Below are positions 26,810 through 40,270 of a DNA stretch of 64,000 nt, piece after piece. Positions within the stretch are counted from its first letter, which is position 1, and every line of letters starts with the position of its first letter. A program made the translations under genes and the position numbers. This DNA is from Lepidodermella squamata (lineage: Eukaryota > Animalia > Gastrotricha): assembly GCA_047495785.1 (NCBI GenBank), contig JBLDXI010000038.1:682001-746000 (forward strand), read 5' to 3'. A model generated the notes under the pieces. It had not been told where the DNA came from. It made no database searches and saw only the letters and a list, made by a program, of their open reading frames with translations.

Positions 26810-27533
26810 AGGCTCGTATAAACGGGCAAATATTTTGTCAAACATTGACTTCAAACATGGATGTTTGATAAAAATGTTTGAAATGCATTTACACGAACAA
26901 ACTTGTTTGTCAAACATTGGAAAAGGTGAAAGGTCACTTCTTGAGGCTTCAAACATTTGTTTGTCAAACTTTCATTTACACGTTCAAACAATGTTTGCAA
27001 GAAAACTAGCAAAATGTATGCAAATCATCAAGAAAATGGCATAATTTATGCAAATTAATAAGATAATTTGTTTAATTTATGCAAATTAGGAGAAAAATGA
27101 CATAAACGGGTAGAATGCTTTTACAATTTTGACCGCTGTTATTTGATTTTTTTTCCTTGCCGCATGACCCTAGCAATTTAAGAATCAATGTGATCAAATT
27201 CTATCCATTTTTTTAAGAAGCACATGAAAAGTTGCGCAGATGTCGTCCCGGCTGGCAACTCCGCAGCAGCCACAGCGCCAAATGTTTGCATGTTTGTCAA
27301 ACAAAATCGCCTCGCACAGTGATTTTGTTTGAAGGCGTTTTCAACACGCCTCTCAAACATTTTCTTTCAAACACGTGCATTTAGACGGGCAAACATGTTT
27401 GAAAGCCGTGTTGGTCCCAACAATGTTTGAACCAAAAGTTTGAACGTGTAAATGCAATGTTTGAAGCCGTTGTTTGGCAAACAATGTTTGAGGTCCATGT
27501 TTGGCAAACATGTTTGCCCGTTTATACGAGCCT
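26810..27533. mobile_element. PIF/Harbinger-type MITE
   Basis: TTA-AGGCTCGTATAAACGGGCAAA...TTTGCCCGTTTATACGAGCCT-TTA; many internal CAAACA/TGTTTG motifs. Confidence 0.9.
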
Positions 27534-28534
27534 TTACTCGCGAATCTTACGTGAAGACTTTGAAATTGTATGAGCACTAGAAAAAGCTAAATAAAGTTAA
27601 TTCAAGTGAATAAATAAAATCTATTAAAATTCGATTAATCTATCAGATTATAATCGAGGATTCGTTAAAATCTAGATTGATTTATAGTCGAATCTAATCG
27701 AATCGAATCTATTGACAACACTACTCGCGTCTCATCTGAACTGAACTGAAGGTTCATAATAACAATAAAGCGAATAATGTGGACCCCCAGCCTTTGCCTC
27801 AGCCCGGCCCTAGTTGCGCACAGCACTCAATACCTGGTGTTGAAAACGTTCATTTTTCACTACACAGAACTCAAAACGCGACCCAATGGTTTACTACATT
27901 AGCTCATTATGGCAGAGGTTATAGGGTCACGTGACCGAAGAAACAAATCAGGTAACTGATTGAGATAGCAATCTCGCCGTGTAGCAAAATTAAAATAATG
28001 GCAAAGCATGGAAACAAGTTGAAAACACGGGTTGCAAAAAAGCGCTGAAATAGGCTGGTTACGAAAATTTGATTTGCAAAAAATCCACCTCAATAATTAT
28101 CAAGACTTTTTGTAAACAAAAATTGCATTGAGCTGTCACTCTGGTTAAGCTGATCTCCATGACCATATCAGAAAACTCAACGCTGATTTGGTTTTATAAC
28201 TCACGTGAAGTAATCGATCATAACGGCGGCCCCGACGTAATGTTCTTCTGATCAAGACAGGACAATCAAGTTTACTCCAGCTTAAATAAAAAATGATTTT
28301 AGCAGAAGTACATTAATTTTAGTCACAACAACCCACCTGTAAAAACTTGAAATCAGTTCAAGTCATGAATTGCGATGTTTTTAGTTTCTCGGGGTTACCT
28401 CGGAGGCAATCTTCACATGCGAAGACGCAATTGTTGAAATGCTCACGCATGCCTTGCGAACGTGGCTTGAGACGAGATTTACGGTACGAATTGCCCGCGC
28501 CATCGCCGCAGCTCGAGAATCGAGATGGTGACCT

Positions 28535-28830
28535 TCAATTCAAATAAGCAAGCATAAAAATAAGAACTCCAAGTAATGATATTGAAATAGCTCGTAACCA
28601 TCGCATTTCTTTAAAATGTAGAGCATTTTCAAGGGCTGTGGTTGAATTCCAGGTTTCGTAGGCGTACATGATGGTGGGAATAATAACACAATTCAAAACT
28701 TTCATCTTTGTTTCGATACTAATATGGCCCCTATTACACATGAATTTACTCATGGCTCCAAAACAACTACCTGCCTTAGCTATTCGAGCATTTATTTCCT
28801 TGTCCATGCGCCCTTCATTGATTACTCCCT
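28535..28830 (-). mobile_element. RTE LINE RT C-terminal fragment
   Basis: EINARIAKA, PTIMYAYETW, EMRWLR. Confidence 0.8.
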
Positions 28831-31800
28831 AGGACCGTCGTCCGCAACAAAGTTGCCAATTTCATTTGGATCCATTGGATAAGTGAGATGTTCAAATTTC
28901 ATCAGTTTAGGCCTTTCAAGCAAGAAACGAAGCTCAGATATAAATTGATTATAACAGCGGCTTGATTAGAAACCTAGGCTCAACCATTAAGTGCGACGGT
29001 AAAATTTGGCGAAGGTGGTCTCACTGTTTGCCTTTGACTCCCGATATGAAATCGCTTTTTATACAAGCCTCGTGGTGCAAATGATCCGAGTATTACGGGT
29101 TTAATTTTACCGTTCTTAAAGAAGTTGGAATGCGAGGAAATTTTCTATATTAAGTGCAGGCCTGTCTGCAATCTTTTCTCAACAACCGTAAATCGATATC
29201 TCAATGGACTCAGGAATAGCTCTTTCATCACAAATCGGTTTCAAATAAGTGATGGATTTGGGGTCGGATTTTGGATGTTGTAAGTCGGAAAATATACGAA
29301 ATGAAGGGAAATATGGCCAATTTTTGCGTGTGTTTTCCATTGCTTTCAGTTGCAAAACTGTTCAAGGTGGAATTTCATCGAGCGAAAAGCTTTTTCACAA
29401 AATTCGCAAAGCTTTGCTTCAGGAAATTAGCGCGAGTTTCTACTCTTACCACTATTTTGCCTATGAGGTCAAGTACGAAAATGTCACGATACGCAGGTGT
29501 TTATGAACTAACACTTACCTCATTCGCATCTGCATCATTTTTCATTTTTCCTCAGGTAGTTGGGACTATTACAGCTGCTCTACATTGTAGTCCGGTGTTG
29601 CAGGGTCAAAGTCCGTTTTTACTGCAATCGTTATTTGTATGTCGTGTGGTGGTGCGGTCATGTGGTCGCAAAACTGTCAAACAATATTTATAAAAATGGC
29701 TGTACTTAAATCACTGAAGGCCCTCCTTTATTACTTAATAGCGCGACACGAACGAAGATATTTGCAAGTGAAGATGGGCAATTGAAAAATGCAAGCCACC
29801 ATGTGCAATGTGCCAATATTTCTTGACAGCTGTATTTCGACAGCTACTGCGATTATTGCAAAGAAAAATACGCGCGACCTCACCACCGCACCACCAGCCC
29901 CACCACCCAAACAGGAAAGTACTGCTCACATAAAACTTAGCAATAATAACCAGATGATGATTCATCTGGGTCACTCTGCAAAACCCGGACTACAATGTAG
30001 TTGCTCCCTGCCGAACTCGACTAGATAAGCGGCTTGAAGAACGGCTCGGGAGGGTCAGAGTTTGCACACGACGTTGCTAGTGTCGTTCCAGGCTTTTATG
30101 CGCCGATGGGAGGATTGACCAGTGCTGTTTACACAGGCACGTTCCACAGGCAGGTGGTCAGTGTCATTGAAGCGCGTCGTGGTATAGATACCGGTCCCTC
30201 GAGAAGGCTTCTATTTCTATCAGCAGGTCGGGAGCCTCGACGTGCAGATCTGCACTGGTGAATCTCGTGTTGCAGGTCCAAGAGCACCGATTTGCTTCCG
30301 AAACTCGGTCAAAATTGAATGTACCCCACAGCCACAGTCACCTGCGTCCATCAGCTGGACCAGACGGAGACAGAAGAACAGGATCGATAATAAAATATAA
30401 ACCGAAAATGGAACTGCTGGCTCGGGTATAGCTCTGGGCGGGTATTCAGTAGCCATTGCCGCCACATGGGCCATAATTCTGGTATCCAGCCCCATTGGAG
30501 TTGCCGGACGGAGTCCATGGCTGTTACGCCGGATGTTGCGCCACATGCTGAGGTCTTCCATGGCCTGGTGGTTGCCGGTGCAGCGACTAGTAGGTATTGC
30601 GCGGGCCGCATGCCGCGGAAAGGGTTGATCGACCGGTAATGGCACCTGCCGTGATTACAGCCCTGCTCATGCGGCGCCGAAAGCTGAAGGCAGGCGACAC
30701 GCGAAGTAGCACCAGCGCTCTGCTTCGTCGCCGAAGCAGTTGATGCAGATGCGTCTGCTGCAGCAGTAGCCGGCGCTGGTTTTACGCTAATAGAAGATGG
30801 CACACTCGCTGATCCATTCGCCGCATTCAACGCCTGGGGAGCGGCAGTATCTTCGTCGGTGACTTCCAAGCGCTGCACAGACGCGCCGCTATTCTTCCGC
30901 ATCATGGGTAGATGTAGAACGTTCAATTTATTTCCATAGCACCGTCGACGAATTAATCGATCTTAAATAAGCACCTATATGGGGAGAAACAGAAAATTGT
31001 AGTCACGTAAATAAATGAAAAAATAGTTGGGTCAACACCACAGCGTCACATAAATTGACGCTTTTGGATCAAACTTCAGCGACAACGAAGATGTAGATGA
31101 GGTTGTAAGCGTAAGCGATGAGGAACTCCCCGAAATTGAACTGGATAAGGCAGGGTCGAGCCAAGTGGGATCAAGGTCTGCCTGGGCTTGGCTCAATCTG
31201 GGCTTTCCGAAAATGCCGGGGGTTCCAGTGGTGTGCAGGGTATTGAGAGAGGTCGTAAAATTCAAGCCGGGCTTGGTTAAGACCAAATGAAATAGCCGCG
31301 CCTCGGGGGGTTCTAAGCAAAACCTAGCCAAGTTCATAATTGAAACCACCACCGCGCAGCAGCAACAAATGCTAGAGGACTCGAAAATCATGGCGCAAAT
31401 CGCCAGTTCGTTGACTAGGTAAATCTCGCGATCTTCTTCCAAGCTTATTAGGCTACTTTGAATTAACTTCGCTAGGTCTAATGATACTCCCAGCGCATCG
31501 CCGTATCTCGAGCTAAAGATTAATTAAACCAGAAACCAAAGTGTGTTATTAATTTCAAAATTCGAAAATTGCGCGCTATTAGAGTTGCTCGAGATTGAAA
31601 GATAGAAGGAGGCATCATTTAAGAAAATAATTAGAAAAAATTTCGCGAATTTGCTCGCCGGTTTTCAGTGAGGCCTGCTCTTGTCGGACAGGTTGAAATT
31701 TGATGGCAATTTTCTTCGGCCGGTTGTTTAGCCATTCCTTGTAGCGGCTGCTGGTGAATGATCCTGAAATTGTGTAGAGTGCAAGAGGCCGTGATCATCG

Positions 31801-32210
31801 TTCTTTGGAACTCATGCGATAAGCTGTTGCATGTTAGGTTTCGCTACCAAACGCCCAGGCATCGAACTAATGATTAATGATTCCCTGCCACCTAAGCAGC
31901 AATCTATCCACTAGACTACGAGCGCTGGATAATTCAAGATGCTCAATTTTGGTATTTCAGTGGATTAAGAATTAAGAAAAACCTATTGATCATAGTTGTG
32001 TGGTCACCAGTGGCTCATGGAGTTTATGCTTTTAACATTAGCTTCACGCGTTCGATTCCGTTGGCGCACGGATTTTTTCATTTATAATTTTTTTCTCAAT
32101 TTTTTTAACCAAGTCAGGTTGAATTCATCAGTGAAATAGACCAAAATTATAGGTAACAAGACCAATTACCTACGCGAAAACAATCAGGACATGAGCAACA
32201 ACGGGGTCGA

Positions 32211-35200
32211 TCAGGCCACGCTCGCGCAAGAATCGGAGGTGCTTACGCATTTCGGACTTCTTGCGCGGCCCATGTAGCGGCGAGGCATGTTGTTCGTCTT
32301 CGTAGCCGTCGTCACAATCAGCAGGGGCTGCGTCAGGCGAATGCTCATCGAGCTGTCGCTGAAGATCGGTGCGAACTCGGCGAGGAGCAGTCGGAGCGCG
32401 GCGCCATCATCAGGGTTCAGCCCCACAACCGAGCGATCGATAAGCGCGCGAACATCGTCGGGAAACGATTCGGATTGGCTGGGCGGCGCGAAGGAGAGCT
32501 GACCCGAGGCAAGGTTGAACTCGGCGCGGGTCGTGAACAATACCGTGCCACCAACGGTCAAGCAATGACGGTCGCTTTCAAGAACCGGTAGACTCGCTGA
32601 GTGAGTAGCCGTGTCGAGGCGGACGAAGCCCAGGCCTAAAGGCATGACCTGGCGCCGGAGTCCTACGATAAGGGTGTGGCTAGAATTGGACAGCACGAAG
32701 GCCGGTGAAAATGGGACTCGTCCGAGGAAACGGCGAAGGCAACAAGGCGGTGCGGAGGATGTATCCGGGATCGACAAGACGGCCGTCGCCAGTGCGCATG
32801 ACGACATTGTGTGCCAGCGGCTGTATAGGTAGACCGAGAAAGGTGCAGAGTTCCGGCGTGACGATGGTCGCATTAGCGCCTGTATCCAACAGGCCCGAGA
32901 CTGCGTGCTCGGCAAAGGTGAAGACGCAGCACGTCAAGGGCGGCGGATAAGGTGGCAATCACAGCATCAGGAGGCCAAAGCAGGAATGGGTGACCACCTG
33001 GCCCGTCTGCCCTTCTAGTTTGACTGAGATGTTCATTGTCAAAAGAACCGCCAGGTCATGGCCTACACTTTGCCGTCAGGCATTTTGCCCCTCGACGCAT
33101 CGTTGACCCGAAAAAAATGACTTTTTGACAGACCCAGGAATTAGACCCAAATATCGGACCTCGCAGTCTATTTTTGGCAGTTAAAGTGTTAACCTGGGCC
33201 GGCATCCGGGGGCAAACAAAGTCCCGAAAGCTATGGTCCGCTGCGCCGCAACCCCAGCAAACGTTGAGCTGGTGGTAATAGGCCATCTGGCTGATGTCTT
33301 CAGGCCAAGGCGAGACGGAAAGGCGGTGGTTACGAACTAGGCGGTCGTTGCTGGAACGCCTGCATTTTGTAGCCCTCGGCTGTGCCAGGTTGGTGAGCGA
33401 ACTGGGGCGGCTGCTGTAACGCCTGTATAGCCGGATGTTGGGCGTGCGCGGCCTGGCCTTGACCGTAGATGGGAGGCGGCGGTTGCGAGGAACCCGGCTG
33501 GTGATATGGCTGAAACGACCCGGCAAACTGTTGTTGTGCGTGCGGTGGCCGTTGTTATTGCGCCTGGCGCTGCGAAGGCTGGTTTGCGCCCTTGTGCCGA
33601 GGCGGCCTCGGAACATTCTCGCTGGGCGCCACTTCGACCGGCGCGATGGTGATGGCTGGCTCGTCGACTTAGTCTTCGTATCGTCGGCGCGTTTGAGTCG
33701 CAACTCGGCTCGTTCGACGGCTGCGGCCCAGTTGACCAGTACCGGTATTCGCGGCGGGTAACCAAAGTCCGCCTTACACTCCTCGCACCGTTGAAGAGCG
33801 CGGTTCAGGGGGAGCCCATCGATGACAAGCTGAGGGGCTAACTCGTCGATAGGAGTTCCTCTGGGAGTTCCGGGTGGGTTTGCTTCATGTGGCGCCGGCA
33901 CGTGTCGCCGAAGATAACCGATTCGTCGGCGCCCTCTGTTTCGGACGTTCCTCCATGGCTGTAGACGGGACGCGCCGATGAAGCTCCTTGAATAACTGGT
34001 CTGTTGTGGGCTAACCGATAACAAAGACGTGTTTCCGTTGTCGTTGATTTATTCTGTCACGGAAAGGCCCAGCGACTGAGATGGCATGTTATAGCCAAAC
34101 ATATCGCCCTTGGGCGCAGAGACAAAATTGTTGTGACGTACGAAACGCTCGAAAACTCGTCGCATCCGTTCAATCAGTTCGGGGATGGATGCGCCACAAA
34201 CAAGAACATCGTACTGGTACGCGATACAAATCCGTCGGTCAAGCCCAGCCAACACCTCCTCTTGCATAACCCTCTGTAGAACGGCCGGTCTCACCGAGAG
34301 GCCCATAGGTAGCACCTGAACTCGAGCCGGTTGCCGTCAGGTCCCCAGAAGCCAGAAGGCCGTTATAGGCCAGGAATCGCGATAAAGCGGTACCTGAAAG
34401 AAGGCGGACCTGAGATCGATCTTCACAAAATGCTTAGTAATAACGCATTGCCAGTCGCTTGTTGGTTTGGCGATAATCAATAGTCAGCCGTGTAAGTCCG
34501 GGGGTCGCCTTAGGCACGATGTGCGGGCAGGCGCAGAAGCGTGACCGCGACTCTTGAACTAGGCCATCCGCGCGGAGCTGTTCCACGTGTTTTCGCAGCT
34601 CAGCCTTTTGGAACGGATCCATATAGCGGTGCCGGGTGAATGACGGCCTGTTGTCTACCAGGTCGAGCTTGACTGGTTTGACCTTTGCGCCCATTCTGTT
34701 TTCAACAAAGAGTGAACGGAATTCAGTGGGGAGTTTCGTGACGGCTAGGGCCAGCATACACCGCGGCCTTAACGAGCATCGCCTCGAATTCGGCCTGCCT
34801 AGTCGTGTCATCGGAGGTTTGCGGCGCCGGGGACGCCGACGAGTTGAACACGAGCTTATCGTCCGATAACGAACAAACCGCGCCGTTGGGAACCAAAGCG
34901 TCCGCACCCAACGCGAAGGGCTGCAGCGCGGCGCTACGACGACTGGTACTGTCTGTGCCAACTCTCCGACCTGTAGGTTGACGAACGCCATGCCGCAAAA
35001 CGCGTTGATCGGCCAGACTCCGGCGAAGCTGACCTCGGTAAGCGTCATCGAGTTTAATCCAACCGATCCCCAACTCACGAAGATGCTCGGGATCCGCGGA
35101 CGATATCGGTTGCGTCGACTAGGTGGCCATTGACGACGACTGGGCTACTCAAGTCAGGTTCACCTGCCACTGTGATAGATGACCACTTCCGCTTCCCTGG

Positions 35201-37768
35201 GCAGCGCTCGGCTCGCAAAGGCGATGCGACACTGGCTTCGCCCTGCCTCTGAGACCTGTAGATCAATATTAGCAAAGAAACGGAGCCCGAAGTCGAGGCC
35301 CAGAACAAGCTGCTGGTTAATATTTGATATCGCAATAAATTTGTGGAGAAAGACCTCGTTCCCAATCGTTGCCGCCGTAGTCCGTAGATTGCCCAACATG
35401 ATTGAAACCCTGATGACTGAAGTTGGGCGCGTTGTGAAACGAGGGCGGCGGTGCATGCTGCAGCGGTTGTTGTTGAAAATGGTACTGCTGCTGAGACTGC
35501 TGCTGTCGCTGTTGCGACTGATGGTAGGGCTGATGTTGGTACGCCTGAGAAGGGCGCTGGCGGCGAAACTGGTCGCGGTTACGGTTCCGCTGCTGGTTGA
35601 GCTGTGCGTTGTTGCCTTGCGCCGACAGACTTGGCGCCTGCGAAGTGGCGCTGACGCTCGGCTTGGCCTCCGAGACAGCAGACGGCGAGGCCGAACCGCT
35701 TGGCGCGCCAGCTGCACCAGGCCCTGCTGGAATAACGCCACGAGCCTGAACTACCGCTCTCGCTTGCTCGACCAGGAGCACCAGCTCGTCAACCGGAAGG
35801 GGCTTGTTGCGGCATACTCAACGCGAGCTTCCTTGGCAACCAGTCCGCTAGGCCGTCGATGAAGGATTTTGCTTGCCCATGGGGATTCTCCTCCTCACCC
35901 ATTCGGGTGGCGGCGAAGAACACACGCTGGAAGAACTCGCGCAATGATTCACCCTGCCGCTGCTTCGGGTCCAACTCTACATCAACGTTGGCGATGATGC
36001 GATCTCGCGCAGCTTCGACCGTGTCAATGTGGGCGGCTGCACTTTCACCCAACGCCGCCTTGAACTCGGCGTTCAGCTTCATACGGTACACAATCAGCAG
36101 TTTATGCGGAGGCAGACAGCTGTAGAGCGAAGCTAATTCGAGAAACCCAGAAGTAAACGTCTGGATGGGCTCCTTCGACCCCAGAGAAGTGTATTTCATC
36201 AAGACCCCAAGAGCGGATTGCTCGGCCTTCAGAGCCAGCCGGCTCTGGTAAGAATGAAGCGCGGCGCGGGCATCATACACTGGCGGCCTTTGTCCGGGCG
36301 GAGAAAGTGGCCTGGCGAGCGGGCGGCATGGCGAGACGCGGAATCGCGACGGCGAGGTGGCGAGGCGATCTCCTCCTCCTCCGCAGCAGAGCTGAGAACT
36401 TACTGGCGCTGCGATCCGGTCGGCGTCGGTGGCATCATCATCAGCATCATCCTCGGAAACGGGCAGACGCGCGCCAGCCATAACCGGGGCAACAACAGAC
36501 GCCAGGAACAGGACCTGTGGGCGGAGCAAGTGACTCCGGACCGCCTGGCACCGGAATCGGCGGTGCAGCGGGTGGCACGGGATCGCCCGGAGACGGCGGC
36601 AACGTCGGGTCAGCAGCGAGCGGCGGCGAGACAGGGCGGGCCGCATGACCGATCTTCGCCTTGGCGCGCGGGCGACCAGCTGGAGCGCCAGTCCCCGTCG
36701 TAGTCTTCACATCCGCCGATCCAGTCGGCTTCACTTTCTTCGCAGTGCGCTTCATGCTCAGTCTGTTCGCGTTAGCCGATGCACCAAATGCAGATGCGCC
36801 CGACCCACAACATGGTCGATGGTTACTGGCACCCGAGATGCGGCGAGAAGGCTACTCAGGGCCGCCTTGCACTTCTCGTTCAATAGCCCGTGAATTTGCT
36901 TGATGACCACCGGGGTCGATTCCGGGTTCAGATCCTTCAGGGTCATATCGGGTTTAAGATACGTATTTCAGCGAACTGGACCAAGGCCACTGAGGCGAAG
37001 GGTCACGATATTGCCGAGCCAACGGGTCAATGGCAAGCATCCGCCCCAGAAGCTCGCAGTCTAGGCCTCCTCTTCCTTTCGTTCCTGAGGTCCAGGAGGC
37101 GATGGTAGCGCTGCACCTGGTAGTCGCGCTCCGGGCCTGGATAGGGATCGAGCAAGAGTGGCGCAATCCACACTTTCGTAGAACGCTTCGAATTCGGAGG
37201 CAAGGTCGACATAGCTTTGCCCTGCGTGCCAGGCGGGTTGCCCTGTACAAAGCAAATGTTTAAAGGAGCGTTCAAAGGAATTAAGCGGATCGGCATACCG
37301 GGTTCTGATAATGACAGGTGAGGCGGCAGAATGGGCAGAGGCAGACAAGTGATAGGTAAGCGCGTCCTGATGATAAAATATTGTATGGCGGAAAATACTG
37401 AAAAAACGTTGGGAACATACCGATCACGTGATAGCCGACTGTGTATGTAAGTAGGCTTGGTCTAACTTACAGAAGGGCGACAAGAGAAGGCGTGAACTGG
37501 TGAACCTTGCTGGACAGGAAGGCAGTGCGAAGGCGCGGACCGACGCAAGGAATAACCAACAAATATATATAAATGTTCTAGTAACAAAAAGGTAAGATTA
37601 AAATAAGGTGTTTTTAGGGCGATCTGACGGCAAGGTGTGTAAGTTGAAATTCGTGAAATTACTATAAAAAATGAAAGTTAAACAAAATGATAAGAGAGGG
37701 GCAGTGCAAGCGACCGCGAATCGCTTGTTCAATGGAGCGTGGCGGGACTACAACCTGTCACCGCCACA
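32211..37768 (-). mobile_element. Gypsy-type element copy 2 (LTR-gag-protease-start of RT), split by a nested insertion
   Basis: 32800-34001 and 36813-37768 match 19840-21996; LLDTGA, CWGCGAADHSFRDFVC. Confidence 0.85.
34002..36812 (-). mobile_element. Nested Gypsy-derived element (gag-protease-partial RT) with TG...CA ends and a 5-bp TSD but no paired LTRs
   Basis: TGGTC-TGTTGTGGG...CCCACAACA-TGGTC; RT motifs RLTIDYR, IDLRSAFFQV, LPMGL, AYQYDVLV; PBS-like TGGTGCATCGG ~25 bp from the 5' end. Confidence 0.85.
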
Positions 37769-38197
37769 TTGACCTCAATTCTTAAATAAATAAATAAATG
37801 ACTAATTTTCAATTTAGTTAAAACCCAGTCACCATTACTGGTGATAATCTTGGGTTGAATGTTGAGATACCTTATTTTATCGAGTAATATCCAACCTCGA
37901 ATAATAGCCCCGAAAATTCACCTGAATATTGGGTCCAAAGGTTAATAATAGCCCGCCTTGAATAATAGCCACATGATAGTAGCGATAGGCCTATCATCAA
38001 CTGATGAATGGAATGGGGAAGGTGCGAACGTTCAAGAAGGAGATTTTAACAGCATTGAAGAAAAACTGCGGCAACGAGGACGATTGCGACAGCAAATTCA
38101 AGCTTGGTGATATCGGAGCAGATGAACGTGCTTCACTAAGAATGTCGTGTGATTGATGTGTTGAAGTGATGATGTAGGTTATAGGATAAATAGATTT

Positions 38198-38720
38198 AAT
38201 TATTACTGGATGTTTTCAATAAGGCATGTGCGGAGCTAGGTTTGAAAATCAGAATTAGTAAAACTCAATACAAGGTGATCGGTGAGGGAAGAAACTATCA
38301 ACTTGAATTAGACGGCAAACTATTGGAAAAAGTGACATCTTTCAAATATTTAGGAAGCATCATTACTTCCGATGGGAAAATGGACGAGGAGAACATGGCA
38401 CGCATAGTGAAAGCTGGCGGCTGCTTTGGTGCCCTCAATAAACTTACGTGCAATAGAAAACACGTCAGCTTAGCTACGAAGTTGAAATTTCTCAAATGCG
38501 TTGTTATTCCTACCGTCACCTATGCCTGCGAAACCTGGAACTTGACCACCCAACAACAGCAAAGGCTAAATGTAACTTTAATGCGCTGGCTTAGAACAAT
38601 TATGGGTCTGCTCAGGACAGACCACATTCCCAATGTAGATATTGGACTGATCTGCGACATAACGGAATTGAGTTAATTGAATCGAATAAAAAATTTAGGC
38701 TGAAATATTTTTGTCATATA
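38198..38720 (+). mobile_element. RTE LINE RT C-terminal fragment
   Basis: FKYLGSIITSDG, PTVTYACETW, MRWLRTI. Confidence 0.85.
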
Positions 38721-40029
38721 CTATACTACCATTTTGGTAGGACCTCTTCCTTAAAACTAGCTCTATGGCCTCAACCAAAGGATTAAGCTGGAAGTCAAAT
38801 AACAAGAGCGAGCTCATCCGATTGACTTGAGTGCTTGGCACTCCTAAGCCTAGCGTCATCTGTTTGCAATCTCAGTAGGTGGTCAGCTTAGTGCTCACTT
38901 TGATGTTTGTTAGTCCTGAGGATGATGAAAAACTGGAGAAATCACGCAAAAATTACCAACTGGTTTTGTTAGCTCTTTGAAAATTATTTATCATAGTTGG
39001 CTTTTATGGGAGAAGTGTTCAAAATAGGAAATCATGTCGATTCCGGAAAATAACCAATACAAATCAGGCGTAGTAGACCGAAGGCTCAGCCTTTGTGATG
39101 AAAAATGTTCATTCTTATCCTCATCGAATCATGCTTGCAGGAAAATAGGGTGAAGTCTGAAATTTTCGCGCGTGTCATTTTCGCGCAAAATTAACACTTC
39201 AAGTGCCAAAAAAGTGACCCCAAGTCTGGGAATTAGACCCAATTATCGGACCCAGATTTCTAGTCCAGATTTCGGGTCTGGAAATTTGAGCCAATTTCTA
39301 GACCTTGCAGTATTACGTCATTTTCACGCGTTCTGGCTCTTTATTACTATTGATTATAAATTACTCAAGTATAATAACAACTCATTTTTTACTATCAAAG
39401 AGAAAATGAAGGCAAGATTTCATATTTTGTGCACACAGTGATTGATGAGACATTCACGAGGTGCATTTGCTGATAGCTATTCGAATCAACGTGAATACCT
39501 GGTATTATAATCATAAGAAGGCAAAATTTAGGTTTTTCTGGGCAGATGGCCGGCATAAGCCGAATTAAGAAGTCTCTTCCTCGACTACTACGTAATAAAG
39601 TCTACGCTAATTACTTTTCAATGCCTCAACGTGCTCAACATGTTCGTCCAAGTAGCTACCCATTCGAAAAGCATTCGAAAATGGCCTGGGCTCCAACCAT
39701 TCTACTGAAGAGATGCTTCATTCGGCCGAGTTTCGTTAGGTGCGGTATTATCATCGAAATAGGCTCGGCTTGCAGTGCTCGTCTAATTCTGGCTGGGATC
39801 ATCCATAAAAGGAGAACTTCAAACGTTGCGCTACTACAACATACAACTATGTTCCTACAACTATGAAACTCCGGTTGTTGTGAAGAATAATTCAGATAAT
39901 CTGGAAGCTGGAAATCGAATATGGAATTGTTAGAATCTATGTTATGTGTTATGTATTATGATGAGATACCTAATAAGATAAGATGATGAGATATAAGAGC
40001 AAGCGTAATGGAGATTCTATTACAAGATA

Positions 40030-40270
40030 TAGTTGTATCTTATCAGGGTTCCGTTCTGGGCCCACTGTTATTTCTGGTCTATATTAATGACCTTACCGAT
40101 ATCCTACCTGAAGGTGTCTCCATTAAACTGTTCGCTGACGATTGTAAATTATACATAGTCTTTTGTAAAAATGATTCATCTCTCTCTGAACGTCTATCTC
40201 TATCTCTTGAAAACATCTTTGTCTGGCTTGAAACTTGGCAACTTGGCAACTTGGCTCTCCATTGACAAAA
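40030..40270 (+). mobile_element. CR1-like RT fragment
   Basis: QGSVLGPLLFLVYINDL, LFADDCKLY. Confidence 0.85.

Noticed and set aside
30351-30926. 191-aa Ala-rich ORF as a host gene
   Set aside because: No recognisable domain and embedded in repeats; cannot be supported.
32000-32080. tRNA gene
   Set aside because: It has a B-box-like GTTCGATTCC and a T-run but no cloverleaf; at most a decayed tRNA-derived SINE.
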